64,000 nucleotides of DNA, taken from NCBI RefSeq assembly GCF_009914755.1, contig NC_060925.1, one strand, 5' to 3'. Under the pieces are notes generated by a model. The model saw only the letters and a program-made list of their open reading frames with translations, made no database searches and was not told where the DNA came from. Position numbers and translations under genes: made by a program. Shown here piece by piece: positions 1 to 13,110 of this stretch. Position 1 is the stretch's first letter. Each line of letters begins with the position of its first letter. Origin of the DNA: the human T2T-CHM13v2.0 reference genome, Homo sapiens.

Positions 1-794
1 ATAAGCCTTCTCATATTAACACTTCTTACAGATGTTGTCACAGATTTTGAATTTTAGCCCAACTATAATGAAAAGCCCTTAGTGCCACCGAAGCAAAGGC
101 GCTCAAAATATAAAATATTACTGATCTCATGGAGTATCTGTACTTATCTAACTTGACAAAGTTCTAATCGATGCCTTAGACATTAAAAAAAACTTGGAAA
201 ATTGTCTAATATACCAACCAAGCAGATATTTATCAATGCCTTTTATCTGTTTGGTTGGTATTAGATGATATCAATAAAGGCAGAGAAAAAAATTAACTAA
301 AAGGGCCACAGCATAGACATTACAATGTAACTGATACAATTAGTGTCACTTTTTAATAAAAATTTTGGATACAGTTTAAAATGCTAATTCTAGCATATAA
401 AATAGACCGTTAGCAAGTTTATATTTATTAAAGCAATACATATTTGTAAATATTTATTTAAGGAATATGGAACAAGTTAAAATTCATTAACTATTCTTGC
501 TGTTCAAGGCAGTACAAAACTATTATTCTATCCCAACATAAAGAAACATCTAAGAAATTTAGTAATTGTACTTTTGTAATTGAGTTAGGAATTATGACAG
601 CGTGATGATCAAGCTGTAAGATGCAGCAGTTGAAAAACTCCTGTACTATTTTTTGAAAGAAGAGAATCTGGAGAGAAGATGGAAAAAAAAAAAGAAAAAA
701 AGTCCCATTGAAAGTGCCACAAAAATTTGATGTTCATAGTATTATTAAACAACTGTGGAATATATTTCCAAAAGTAAAGTTACATGAAAAGTAC

Positions 795-932
795 CTGCAA
801 AACCTGACAAGTCAGTAGAAAGTGATGAACCACTTGAGCTTTCAATAACTGCTTAATATTAAACATCTGCTGGTGGTGATCTGCTCTGATGAGGACTTCT
901 AGAGCTGCTAGCAAAGTTTCCCAAACACCTTG
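795..932 (-). CDS. LYST: LYST exon 20 (138 nt; [15 protein letters not shown]...LTCQVLQ)
   Basis: TCTTCAG| acceptor, CAG|GTACTT donor. Confidence 0.95.
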
Positions 933-2578
933 CTGAAGAGATAAACACACACCAATAAGCACATACTTACTGAAAAATATGCAGCATGCTTTTTGGAAGA
1001 CACACAACGCGCAACAATTTAACATTGTGTATATATTCAGTATCAAAGATTACATGTCTGCAAAAAGCCAATGTTAAAATTTATTCCCTATTATTTTTTG
1101 TTGCCAATAGGCTATTTCTAAATAGCTATGTTGAATACAATATTGTATTAGGTGCTTTCCTACATTACCCTTTCTGTGGCATTAAATGTATTTTCAAAAG
1201 ATGAATTATCAAGAGGGATTATTCAAATTAGAGAAGCATACACATTACCAACATTATTGTTTTTAAATAATTTATGTTCAAAGAGTGTTGTTAAAAATGT
1301 ACACATTTCAATACCAATCTGCATATGCAGCATTTAACCAAAAAATTTTAGAGCAAATCATACTAAATTGAAGAGTCATGGATAATGTGAAAATTCTGCA
1401 ATTTTAGATTAATTTACTTTCAAGTTCAAATAATAGAATTATCTGCATGATTACAAACTATGCACTTCAAAGAGTAGTTAGCATCCCTTGACAGTGCCTT
1501 AAAATGCTTCTCCCATATTGAATCAATCTTAACTTGTCCATAATACTAGAGAAAAAAAGAGATCTTACACTGATAACTAATATTGAAAGATAACCTTCCC
1601 TTCATCTTATTATCCTAATTGACCTTTCAATAAAGCTTTTAACAAAAAGCAAAATTAACTGGCTTGGGTTGCAGAGCCTATTTCTCCTGCCATTATCTGG
1701 CAATAATGAACCAAGATATTGATAGACTTAATCATACTCTTCTACCCAGGGTCTCTCTCTTTATAAGATAGAGCCAAGATATTCTAAAAGACAAAGCCAC
1801 ACGAAAACCAGCAGACAAGGCAGCCAAAGTATGAAAACATGATTCAAATCTGAAAAGTAGTACCAAGATAAAATAGTGCCAATGTAAACAAACAAATACC
1901 AACAAAAAAAGAAAAACGAGACTTAGTTCAAATATAATTAATTACGTAAGAAAATCTTATTTCAAATCCATAGAAGTAATATGTGTCTTATCACTTTCAA
2001 ATTCAATTTAAAAATGTTTCTTTTAAAATCAAACAACCCCAAATTTGCCTGCTCTTTTGAAGTACTAAATAAACTTTGTCCAACTTTGTCCAAGTTAGGT
2101 TTTCCAACCTGCAACTGAGCATATTCTTTATTATACATTTATACTGCTTTTGATCCAATTTGTTTACATATGCTATCCCTGTAATTATTTGCTTTCTCCC
2201 TGCAATATTACACATATTTTAATCTATCTATCTTATCTTTTTTTTTTAGATCTGAAAGTATATATTTATTCAGAGTGAGAAAAGGCATCACAACCAATTA
2301 CAAAGTTTAAAAAACTGAAAAGTACCATGAATACCACAAAATCCAGAAACATGGCAATAGTTAGTTGGCTGTTGGACATGCCTTTCAAAATACTTTTCTC
2401 TGTTTTGTGGCTGCATACTCTTGAATTGCCTCTTCATGTAACAACAATTTTGTAATATAATTTTCTATAGGAAGAATAGAAAATTCTCTTTCCTCTAGCA
2501 TATTTGAACTAAACTTATTTTTATTACTAATAGATTAGAAAAGGTTTTTTAGTTTGTTTTTTTTTTTTTTTTTTTTTT

Positions 2579-2873
2579 GGCCAGGCATGGGGGGCTCACG
2601 CCTGTATCCCAGCACTTTGGGAGGCCAAGGCGGGAGGACTGCTTGAGCCCAGGAGTTTGAGACCAGCCTGGGCAATATAGTGAGACTTCATCTCTACAAA
2701 AAAAAATTAAAAATTATCCAAGCATGGTGGTGCACACATGTAGTCCTAGCTACTTGGGAGGCTGAGGTAGGAGGACCACTTGAACCTGAGAGGCAGAGGT
2801 TGCAGGGAGCCAAGATGGTGCCACTGCATTTTAGCCTGGGTGACAGAGTGTGCTCCTGTTTCAAAAAACAAAA
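2579..2873 (+). mobile_element. Alu (AluJ-like), preceded by a long T run
   Basis: GGCCAGGCATGG start, dimeric structure, A-rich tail. Confidence 0.9.
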
Positions 2874-3623
2874 GGAGTCTTTTTTCAACCTCATAACTCA
2901 TTACTGGTAATGTGTAAATTTTTAGGGACTGTTGGCAAGTTGGGAATAACCATTTTAAAAAAATTCTAAAGGTATATATATTCTGAATTGCTCTATAAAT
3001 AATATTTGTTGATAATCTTGTTATATTCTAATTAGTTCTAGACAATCTAGTTTTTTTTTTGCAAAAATCATCAGTACCTACTAGAACCCTGCCACACTTA
3101 GAGCAAACAGTCTACACTAGAACTAAGAAGGCTGTATGAGCCTATACTATTAAGATTGCTTAAAACTAGGGCAGAAAGGAAACAACCCTATACTCATTCC
3201 CTGACTGGGTCCTTGTGAAGACAAGCCCAGCCATTCCAGGTGCTGAGATGTAGTGCCTACATCTAAGATCAATCTATGTTGCTTAATTTGTACTTACGAT
3301 GAAGCCTTGCCCTATATACCATGGTCCTATCTCTAACTCCTGGCCAGCATGGCTCCCCTAGTTAGAAGTGTATCCATTTCCCTCTCCTGGACCTGACTCC
3401 CCTGACTCTTAGCAGTCTCCCCTTTCAGAGTTTATGGTAAATGCAAGCCTTCAGCTGATCCAGATAAGCCCATATGCTCCTGCCTGACTGCAGTATTCTT
3501 AGCCAGCCCAAGTTTGATTTTGACTCTCCAGCTCAGCATTCCCCATGGCTGTTCAAAACTTTGCATGGGAAATAAGTGCCAGATTTCCATTTATAATTAA
3601 CATTACAATGAAGTAATAAATTA

Positions 3624-3992
<369 letters not shown>

Positions 3993-3999
3993 ACGAGTA

Positions 4000-4455
4000 T
4001 ATGCTTCTATTCACGGTAGCTAAAATGTGGAAACAATCCAAGTGTCTCTAAACTGATGAATGGATAAGCAAAATGTGATAAATATATAGAACGGAATATT
4101 ATTCATTCTTAAAAAGGAAATTTGGACATATGCTACAACACAGATGAGCCTTGAAGACATTAAGCTAAGTGAAATAAGCTAATCACAAAAAGACAAATAC
4201 TATACGATCCTACTTATATGAGATCCTTAGATTAGTCAAAAGTAGAATGGTGGTTTCCAGGGGCTAGAGAAAGAGGGAGAACATTTGTTTAAAGGGTACA
4301 AAGTTTTGGTTTTACAAAACAAAAAAGATTTACAGAGATGGATGGTGGTGATGGTTGGACAACACTGTAAATGCACTTAATGCCACTGAACTGAAACTTA
4401 AAAATGCTTAAGATGGTAAATTTTGTGTTATATGCATTTTACCACAATAAAAAAT
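4000..4455 (+). mobile_element. Old L1 (L1M-type) 3' end, finishing about 25 nt from the exon 19 donor
   Basis: GATGAATGGATAAGCAAAATGTG and AAAATGCTTAAGATGGTAAATTTT...CACAATAAAA L1 3'UTR motifs. Confidence 0.8.
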
Positions 4456-4479
4456 GGAAAAAAAGTACATATTACATGC

Positions 4480-4629
4480 CTCTGCTTTACTCCATATCTT
4501 CCAGTCAAGCAATAGTTCCTCTAACAGCTTAACATCTTGGATTATAGCATTAGAGTCTACATCCAACTTAAACTCTCCATTCTCATTCATATAAATAATA
4601 TCTTCACCACAGCATCCTTCAAGAAGGGT
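4480..4629 (-). CDS. LYST: LYST exon 19 (150 nt; [10 protein letters not shown]...DWKIWSKAE), GC donor
   Basis: TCTATAG| acceptor; joining at GAG|GCATGT gives the continuous ...WSKAE|QGVW... junction. Confidence 0.9.
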
Positions 4630-5550
4630 CTATAGAAAATTAGCATTAATATAAGATGCATTAGTAATTGGTTAATCAGGAAGTTCAACAGAAACATTAA
4701 GCTTTCAATTTTAGCAATCATTAAATTCAAAGGAAAGCTAGTAAATAATTTAACACTTCACAAAGTATCTTTAACTTGTTTTGTAAAACAATTCAGATAA
4801 GTAGAAAATCCCAAACTTACAAATATTTTTAAGTGAGTACTCAGGTTCAAACAAGGGGTGAAAACAAACAGCACTCAATTTTTATGTTTTAAATTGAATT
4901 AATCTGCTATTAGGCTTTAAAACGTTTTCAAAAAAGTAGTAAGGATTCATGCCACAAATGTATGGATCTTGCAGTTTAAAGAAGTAGGGGTGGAGGCAAG
5001 GGTAGAGCAATCGTCTTTTGCCTTAGTACCAGAAGTCTCAGAGAGAAATATTTCCACAATGTTACCAAATGCTTTCATCTAGAAATGTATTTAAATATAT
5101 GATGATAGCGGGATCATAATAAAAATGAGCACGAATATCTGTGACTTGAAAAACTAACTCTGTAGCAGCAGTGCCTAATGGAATGGTATGCCTCTAGGTG
5201 CCTAGAGAACTGGGTTCTCTGCCATAAGGGTGGGAGCTAAAGCAAAGATCTCATCAATCTACAGAATGAAGGGACAGCATGGGAGATATCTATGGCCCAC
5301 CCAGGTCTAAAATTCAATGAGTTTCTTTCTTTCTTACTTTTAAAAAATGCTTTAAAGAAAAGAAAAATGTAATTATTTAAATGATGAAAAGAACTAGAAG
5401 AGTATCTTAGTTTGATTAACTATACACTAATAAGTTTCCTCCATTTTCTTCAGGAATAACTGAAATACAAAACTATTATTGGAAGACTTTGATGACGAGA
5501 TGAGTATCACTGCATATGAAACTATAAGAATAAATTTTATGAAGACATAC

Positions 5551-5724
5551 CTTCAAAATGTAAAACCCAACAATGCATTTTTGTTTGATCAACACCTGAT
5601 GAATCATAGAAAGTCCATTACAATTTTCTAATTCATGTACTCTTTGTTGGTTGTATTTAATTAATGAGAGTATAACTCGCAGTGCTAATGCTTGAGTTTC
5701 TTCACAGCTACTGAGTTCAACAAC
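5551..5724 (-). CDS. LYST: LYST exon 18 (174 nt; [18 protein letters not shown]...VGFYILK)
   Basis: T11-AG acceptor, AAG|GTATGT donor, phase 0-0. Confidence 0.95.
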
Positions 5725-7700
5725 CTAAAAAAAAAAATGGGTGGATATAGTTTTCTCCCAATTTGCTGAGAGTAAAAATTTAACATGTATAATCTTCCAT
5801 TCTGTAACATCAATCCATTAGTTTCTACAAAGTATTTTTTTAATGCTCATACTCTACCTATGTAAGGCTTGTGAATAAACAAAACTGAGAGTAAGGCATA
5901 AACTCCATGTTCTATAGTCTCTTATATATACTATAGTATACAATGACACACAACCTTAGTGGCCAGTAGCATTTTATAACTAGTGATCTGAAGTGTCATA
6001 AGTTTTTGATAAGTTAGTCAATAGACAGGCTCTGCATTATGTGGTAAGGGAGATAAAAAGAAGTAAAATACATGATACTTGTTCCCAATGGGGTCTACTG
6101 TCCTGTCAAAGAGATAAGATGTATCTATAAAAACCACATGTCCTGCCTTGTATGTCAATTTACTTCAACCAACACTTTCTGACAACTACTATATACATAA
6201 GAAACACACACTTATTATCATGCTAAAGGCCAAAGAAGAATGAGACAATAGGTATTCTGGAGAGCACAGAGACCATTCTGATCCCTCTCTGCTTGGTTTA
6301 AGGGAAGGCTACACAGAGAGAAGATGGCCTAGGAAGAGAGCCAAATCCTGGAAAGCAGGAATAAAGGGGTGGCTAAGGCAGGGCACAGCCAGGGGAAGGG
6401 TAAAGGCCTAAACTGGAAGTTCACAGTACATCTAGGAAGCTGCAGGTTGCCTCTTTGGCTGGATTGTAGAGACCAGGTTCACAAGGCAGGTTATGCATGT
6501 AAGGATTTTAAGGACACTGAATTTTATTTTTGTAGGGGAGGAGGAAGGATACTGAACAAGGTTTATAAGTTTTAGACTTAAAAACATACTTTAAAAGTCT
6601 TATTGGCAAGATACTAAACATATAAAGATAAAAATGTAAACATTTTATCTAAGATCCAATCTCTATGTAACAATAACAAAATTATATTCAATACCTTGAT
6701 GAAAGAGAAGAAAACAAGGATATACATTTTGAAACTATACGATGGTACAAAATATCACAAAATATTGGTGAGGAGTTAAAGGGCTTTTAATTTTAAAACA
6801 CTAGGAGATAATCTATTTAACTAGACACTAGATTAAAAAAACTATGAAAAAGGAAGAGGTGGAGAAGAAAAGACAGATTACAGAGTATGGTGGATCAAAT
6901 GCTAACAAAATATTTGTAAGAACCCTAACAACAACAAACGCTGATATGCTTCTTATTGCAAAATTAATCAACGATGCTTCCATTAAAGAAAGTTAGATAG
7001 GGAGACTATGAAAACTTGATAATGTTGCAAAAGTTATACTTAGGGATAAAACGAAGATGGCATTCCGAGGATGAAGGAAGATCAAAGCTGCTTTAATTAA
7101 ACAGGGATGTGGATCCAGAGGAAGTAGAAATGATTTTTACCAAAGTGAGACTGTTGGTGCTCCCTAACATAGGTTTCAGCAATCCCTGAAATAGTCTATA
7201 ATTACTGACTGTCTACTTTGCATCAGGACAGATAATTAAATGACTCATTCGAAAATGGTACTTATGGCCTGAGTCAAACTTTATATGTCTCTTTTTTGAA
7301 AAAACTCCAAACCCAAACAAATTAAAGTTTTTTTTTTTTTAAAGTATTTTTTGACCCTTAGTTTTTTCCTATGCATTGGAAACATTTAAGGAATAAAAAC
7401 TTCATAAATTTTATTTTTAAAAATATCCTCCTCTCAATTTAAAATCTTGTACATTTAACATTTAATTGTACTAATTACATTTTTGGTTAATAGAAAACTT
7501 CTAAAATATTCATAAATTAGAAGAAACCTTAATCATCTATGGCAGAAAGCTTAATAACATTTTAATATGTAATTTTTTTATGTTAAAAGTTTAATATAGT
7601 CGAGTGTAGCTTTTTCGTGTGGTCCAAAAGAAATCCTTTAATTTATCAATAATAAGTAAGTCATTTCTCTTTAGACAAAACTATAAGCAGTGATTCTTAC

Positions 7701-7946
7701 CCTGGCAAAGAGAAAAACAAATATGCCAGTTCCACCAATTTCGTGCAGAATGCCTTGAATAGTTTTATATTCAGTAGGTTGGAGATTTTTTAGATGATGA
7801 GGTTCTAATAAGATGCTCTGAACTTCTTTTGAGCTGAAGGGTCTTTGAGAGAGTTGGGTTTTCATTTGACCTTTAAGTCTAATCACTGGTTCATAGATGG
7901 TATACTGAGCAGGACAGTAAGTTGTATAAACAACTGAAAGACTTTC
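7701..7946 (-). CDS. LYST: LYST exon 17 (246 nt)
   Basis: ATTTCAG| acceptor, AGG|GTAAGA donor; core of the 98-aa ORF. Confidence 0.96.
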
Positions 7947-8569
7947 CTGAAATACAAATATTTTCATTCAGTAATGACAACAAGTTTAAAATGCAAGCTA
8001 TGAACTAGCAAGTAAGTATTTCAAAGTGAAAACACACTCAACTGATCCTTTTCTTTGTTTAAAAAACAACAGCTACTACACTAAACAGATAAACATTAGA
8101 AGCAAGGCTGTTTCCCACAAAGCAAATGGTCAGTGATTTATTTAGCAGTGATCAATTGTATAGATCACATCAAGGTTGAGAAGGATTCCAGCTTTGTTCG
8201 GTTTAGAATATATATTAAGTTATACTATTACTACTAATATCAACTAAGTCTTAAACCACACTTATTACATACCAGGCACTATTCTAAGCACTTAAAAATA
8301 TTGGGAACTCTGGGTCAGGTCAATTTATTTGAAATTTTTGCTTTGCATTTGCTCATTGGCTGACTCTTCATTTAAAAGCAACTCTAAACTAGATCTTTCT
8401 ACTGGAATAAAATTCCAGATTGTCAACAGTCAGCACACCTAACTAAAATAAAATAGAACTTCAAATATTTCTCCCAGGCAAAGGATAGTTTCCATCAGTG
8501 TGTGGCTCCCTGTCAAGATTCTCTAAACTATTTTAAAAATTAAAGTTAATTTTAAATACAGAATGCATG

Positions 8570-8884
8570 TTTTTCTTAGAGACAGTGTCTTGCTCTGGCA
8601 CCCAGGCTGGAGTGCAGTGGCATGACCATAGCTCACCGTAGCCTTGAACTCCTAGGCTCAAGGGATCCTCCCACCTCAGCCTCCCAAGCAGCTAGGACTA
8701 CAGGCACCTGCCACCACACCCAGTTAACCCAGTTAAATATATATATATATATATATATATTTTTGTAGAGACATGGTCTTGTTATGTTGCCCAGGCTAGT
8801 CTCAAACCCTTGACCTAAAGTGATCCTCCTGCCTGTGCCTCCCAGAGTGCTGGGATTATAGGCATGAATCTTGGTGTCTGGCCC
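8570..8884 (-). mobile_element. AluJ-like with (TA)n in the linker
   Basis: Reverse Alu consensus. Confidence 0.88.
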
Positions 8885-8950
8885 ATAATGTACTTTAAGG
8901 TGGTTTTAATGGTAGTAGATGCCAAACCCAGGCTTAGGGAAATCATATAG

Positions 8951-9324
<374 letters not shown>

Positions 9325-9499
9325 TGTGCTTTATTTATGACCCACAGCAATCAGACATACCACCCAGCGTATCTGTGCACCAGCTAAACCAATTATACTG
9401 TCTGTTGTGTATGATTATGCTGGAAAAGCAAAGTTTCAAACCTGCAGTAGTTTCAATCAGAAATCTGACGTTGCACCCTGACATGAGGGTACCATTTCT

Positions 9500-9844
<345 letters not shown>

Positions 9845-10093
9845 TAACTCCCAAATTACTAAATCGGGCTTAAACAATTTGCTCTCTAAAAATAGTTTTC
9901 ACATAAAACCCTCAGAATTTTCATTCATGATAATTTATGTTGAGTTTTGTAACTTATATGACCTATATACCGTTCAGGAAAAATAAAAGGATTAGGGAAA
10001 TTTTTCTATGAAAACAAATGGATTAACCAAAAACTATTGAGTTAAAGTTATTACTTGAACAAACATCTGTGTGAGCTCCTCAGTCTCCCTAAG

Positions 10094-10272
10094 GCAGAGG
10101 TTCTCAAAGTGTGATCCTCAACCAGCATCAGCATCACCTAGGAACTTCTTAAAAATGTAAATTCCAGGGTCACACTTCAGACCTACTGAATCAGAAGCTC
10201 TGGCCCAGCAATCTATATTTTAACAAGCCCTCTGGATGATTCTGGTGCACACTCAGGTTTGAGGAACCATTT
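10094..10272. mobile_element. MER5A-like hAT DNA transposon (followed by a MER20-like fragment to about 10400)
   Basis: GGTTCTCAAAGTGTG...AGCATCAGCATCACCT...CAGACCTACTGAATCAGAA...TTTGAGGAACCA. Confidence 0.8.
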
Positions 10273-10762
10273 CCCTAAAGGATGTTTTCTTAATGGTGGG
10301 ACATTTAGGATAGGATCATTCTTTGTTGTATAATAGTGTTCATGTACTGTAGAACATTTAGCATCACTGGCCCTTACTACCCAATAATTATTGACAACCA
10401 AATCTACCCTCCCCGCAACTCAACAACAACAACAACACCACAAACAACAAAATACATTCCAAAACAGTAGTCTCCTTCAAGTAAGAAATATCTGTACTTC
10501 TCATAAGAAGCAAGAGAAAGAGGAACCCAGTTTCATGGCCAGATCTACTAGATTTTAGTAGATTTTCTAAGACTATTTATGAAGGCTCAGTTTTCTAGTT
10601 GCTATAACGAAAAATCCTCACCACTAGCTCCTACATTATATACTGGTAGAACAAAATATTGGAATAATATATAAAAATCAATAGAGTCTCATATAAGCAG
10701 AATTAGCAATACTTTGAAAGCAAAATTCCTAATTTTACTGATATTAAATAATAAGTTTTTTA

Positions 10763-11069
10763 GGCCAGGCATGGTGGCTCATGCCTGTAATCTCACCATT
10801 TGGGAGGCTGAGACGGGAAGATCGCTTGAGGCCAGGAGTTTGAGACTAGTCTGGGCAACAAAGCGAGATTCCATCTCTACAAAAATTTAAAATTAGCCCG
10901 GTGTGGTGATGCATGACCACAGGCCCGGCCACTTGGGAGGCTGAGGTGGGAGGATCATTTGAGCCCAGGAGTTCAAGGCTGCGGTGAGCCATGATCACAC
11001 CACTGCACCCAAGCCTGGGTGACAGAGTGAAATCCTGTCTCTTAAAAAAAAAAAAAATAAATAAAAAAG
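10763..11069 (+). mobile_element. AluJ-like
   Basis: Alu consensus, poly-A tail. Confidence 0.9.
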
Positions 11070-11502
11070 AGTAGGTTTTCTAAGACCTGAATACATGTAA
11101 CTAAAACTAACATTATAAATGGATATTATTTATTTATAAGTATGGAAAGAAAATATAATGAGCAACATTTTTTAGGAGTATGTCAAACTAACAAGTGTTA
11201 TTTTCACTGTATCATAAACATTTTTCCTGAATAATTAGTAGGTATAAAATAAACTAAACTGATAAACTTTTTATAGAAATATAATTTCAAGGAAAAGGAG
11301 ATATAAATATAAAGCCTGAAACAAATTTTGAAAGGAGATCAAAGTGTTTCAATTTTTTTCAGAAAAAAACATAATTCTAAGAAAAGAAAATGATAAGGAA
11401 CCACATTAAAATCTTTAGAAATCTAATTCATAACTATACATTACAATAAATATACCTAAATACATTTACTATAAAATTAAAATTTATAAAATTAAAACTT
11501 AC

Positions 11503-11693
11503 AATTAAGAGACCAATATCCACATCTTTCTTGGTCATAAAAAGTTCTCTGATTTGTTCACATCGCAAAATTTCTTTATTAATATATTTGGAGTAGTCAT
11601 TGACTGGCTTGCCATACTTACATGGCATTACAGATGTATGGTTGGGTCCACAAGCATACAGATAAAAGGCCTCTTGTGAACCAACCTTAGCTC
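11503..11693 (-). CDS. LYST: LYST exon 16 (191 nt)
   Basis: TATTCAG| acceptor, ATT|GTAAGT donor; contains [15 protein letters not shown]. Confidence 0.95.
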
Positions 11694-12511
11694 CTGAATA
11701 GCAGAAAAATAAAGTTAGTTATTTAAAACACCCTAACCAGAATTTTTCATAAAAAGCAAGAAACCAGGAATTATTTTTTGTAGCCAGATTCTTTCAGTTG
11801 TTCACTATATTTTATAAAATTGATAAAGCCTCAATTTCGAAATTGGTGTAACGAGAAAATAACCTATGTCAACTATGATGGAAGATGAATTAATGTATAT
11901 AAAGTTAATTGTGAAGCTTTTAATTAAATCATAACATTTCCATTTGCTCCTTAGCCAGAAAACAGGTTTTCTGTTTTATTTTACTTTGTTGTATTTTTTA
12001 AATAATGGGAGCTATATCTTGGTAAACTCCATTTCTAACTAAAATTTGAATCAATATCTTTATTCCTTCCTATTTAGTCAATAAACACTGTCTGAATGCT
12101 ATTATGTGTGAGGTTTAAGGACATATTTTTTAAAAATCATATATTTCATTTTTCCCTAAAATTTGATATTTGTATAAGATATAATAAAATTATAAAGGAG
12201 ACAACCAAGATAAGTTTACTAGTCATGATGCTACATTATCCAGTATAAAAAAACGCTAAGTTAATATGAGCTTCTCTTTTTTGAGGATGGAAGAAATACA
12301 TTTTTATATTAAATGTATATATCAATTGTAAGACACAACTAGATTACAAAAACGTTAAAATATTTTAAAAGTATATCTTAGAATCTTGGAAATACAGTAC
12401 TTATTAAACACAAGTAAAGGAACATAGATGGATATTTTAGCCAGGTTAATTTACTTAGTTTAATATTTGTTAACTGAGAAAAAAAACTGGAAATGTTTCA
12501 AAGGAAAAAAA

Positions 12512-12561
12512 TCTCACTCTGTCACCCAGGCTGAAGTGCAGTGGTGCAATCATAGCTCACT
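12512..12561 (-). mobile_element. About 50-nt Alu 3' fragment abutting the exon 15 donor
   Basis: AGTGAGCTATGATTGCACCACTGCACTTCAGCCTGGGTGACAGAGTGAGA on the minus strand. Confidence 0.85.
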
Positions 12562-12564
12562 CAC

Positions 12565-12725
12565 CGTTGAAGAGAAGCAAATTTCCCAGGTCCCATTTTC
12601 CAGCCAACTGCAAAAACTCTTCTTGGGATGACAAACAATGGCCAATCATGCAAAATGTTTTATTGCTATCAGATGACAAACTTGTTTTTCTTGGAAGCAT
12701 AAAATCCAAAGTAACATCAGGCTTC
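12565..12725 (-). CDS. LYST: LYST exon 15 (161 nt; [13 protein letters not shown]...[11 protein letters not shown])
   Basis: AATGTAG| acceptor, ACG|GTGAGT donor, frame continuity. Confidence 0.94.
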
Positions 12726-12818
12726 CTACATTAAAAACAAAACAAAGTTAAAGCAATGACTTTAGGAAGTCTAGTACTAAGTATTTTTAAAGTATGAATA
12801 TTTAACAATGGGGAATTC

Positions 12819-13110
12819 TTTTTTTTTTTTTTTGGAGACGGAGTCTCGCTCTGTTGCCCAGGTTGGCACGATCTCAGCTCACTGCAAGCTCCGCCTCCTG
12901 GGTTCACACCATTCTCCTGCCTCAGCCTCCCAAGTAGCTGGGATTACAGGTGCCCGCCACCAGGCCTGGTTAATTTTTTGTATTTTTTTTTTAGTAAAGA
13001 CGGGGTTTCACTGTGTTAGCCAGGATGGTCTCTATCTCCTGACCTCATGATCCACCCGCCTTGGCCTCCCAAAGTGCTGGGATTACAGGTGTGAGCCACC
13101 ACACCCGGCC
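12819..13110 (-). mobile_element. AluY/Sc-like with ACAATGGGGAATTCTT TSD
   Basis: CAAGCTCCGCCTCC and GTTAGCCAGGATGGTC diagnostic positions; TSD on both sides. Confidence 0.9.
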
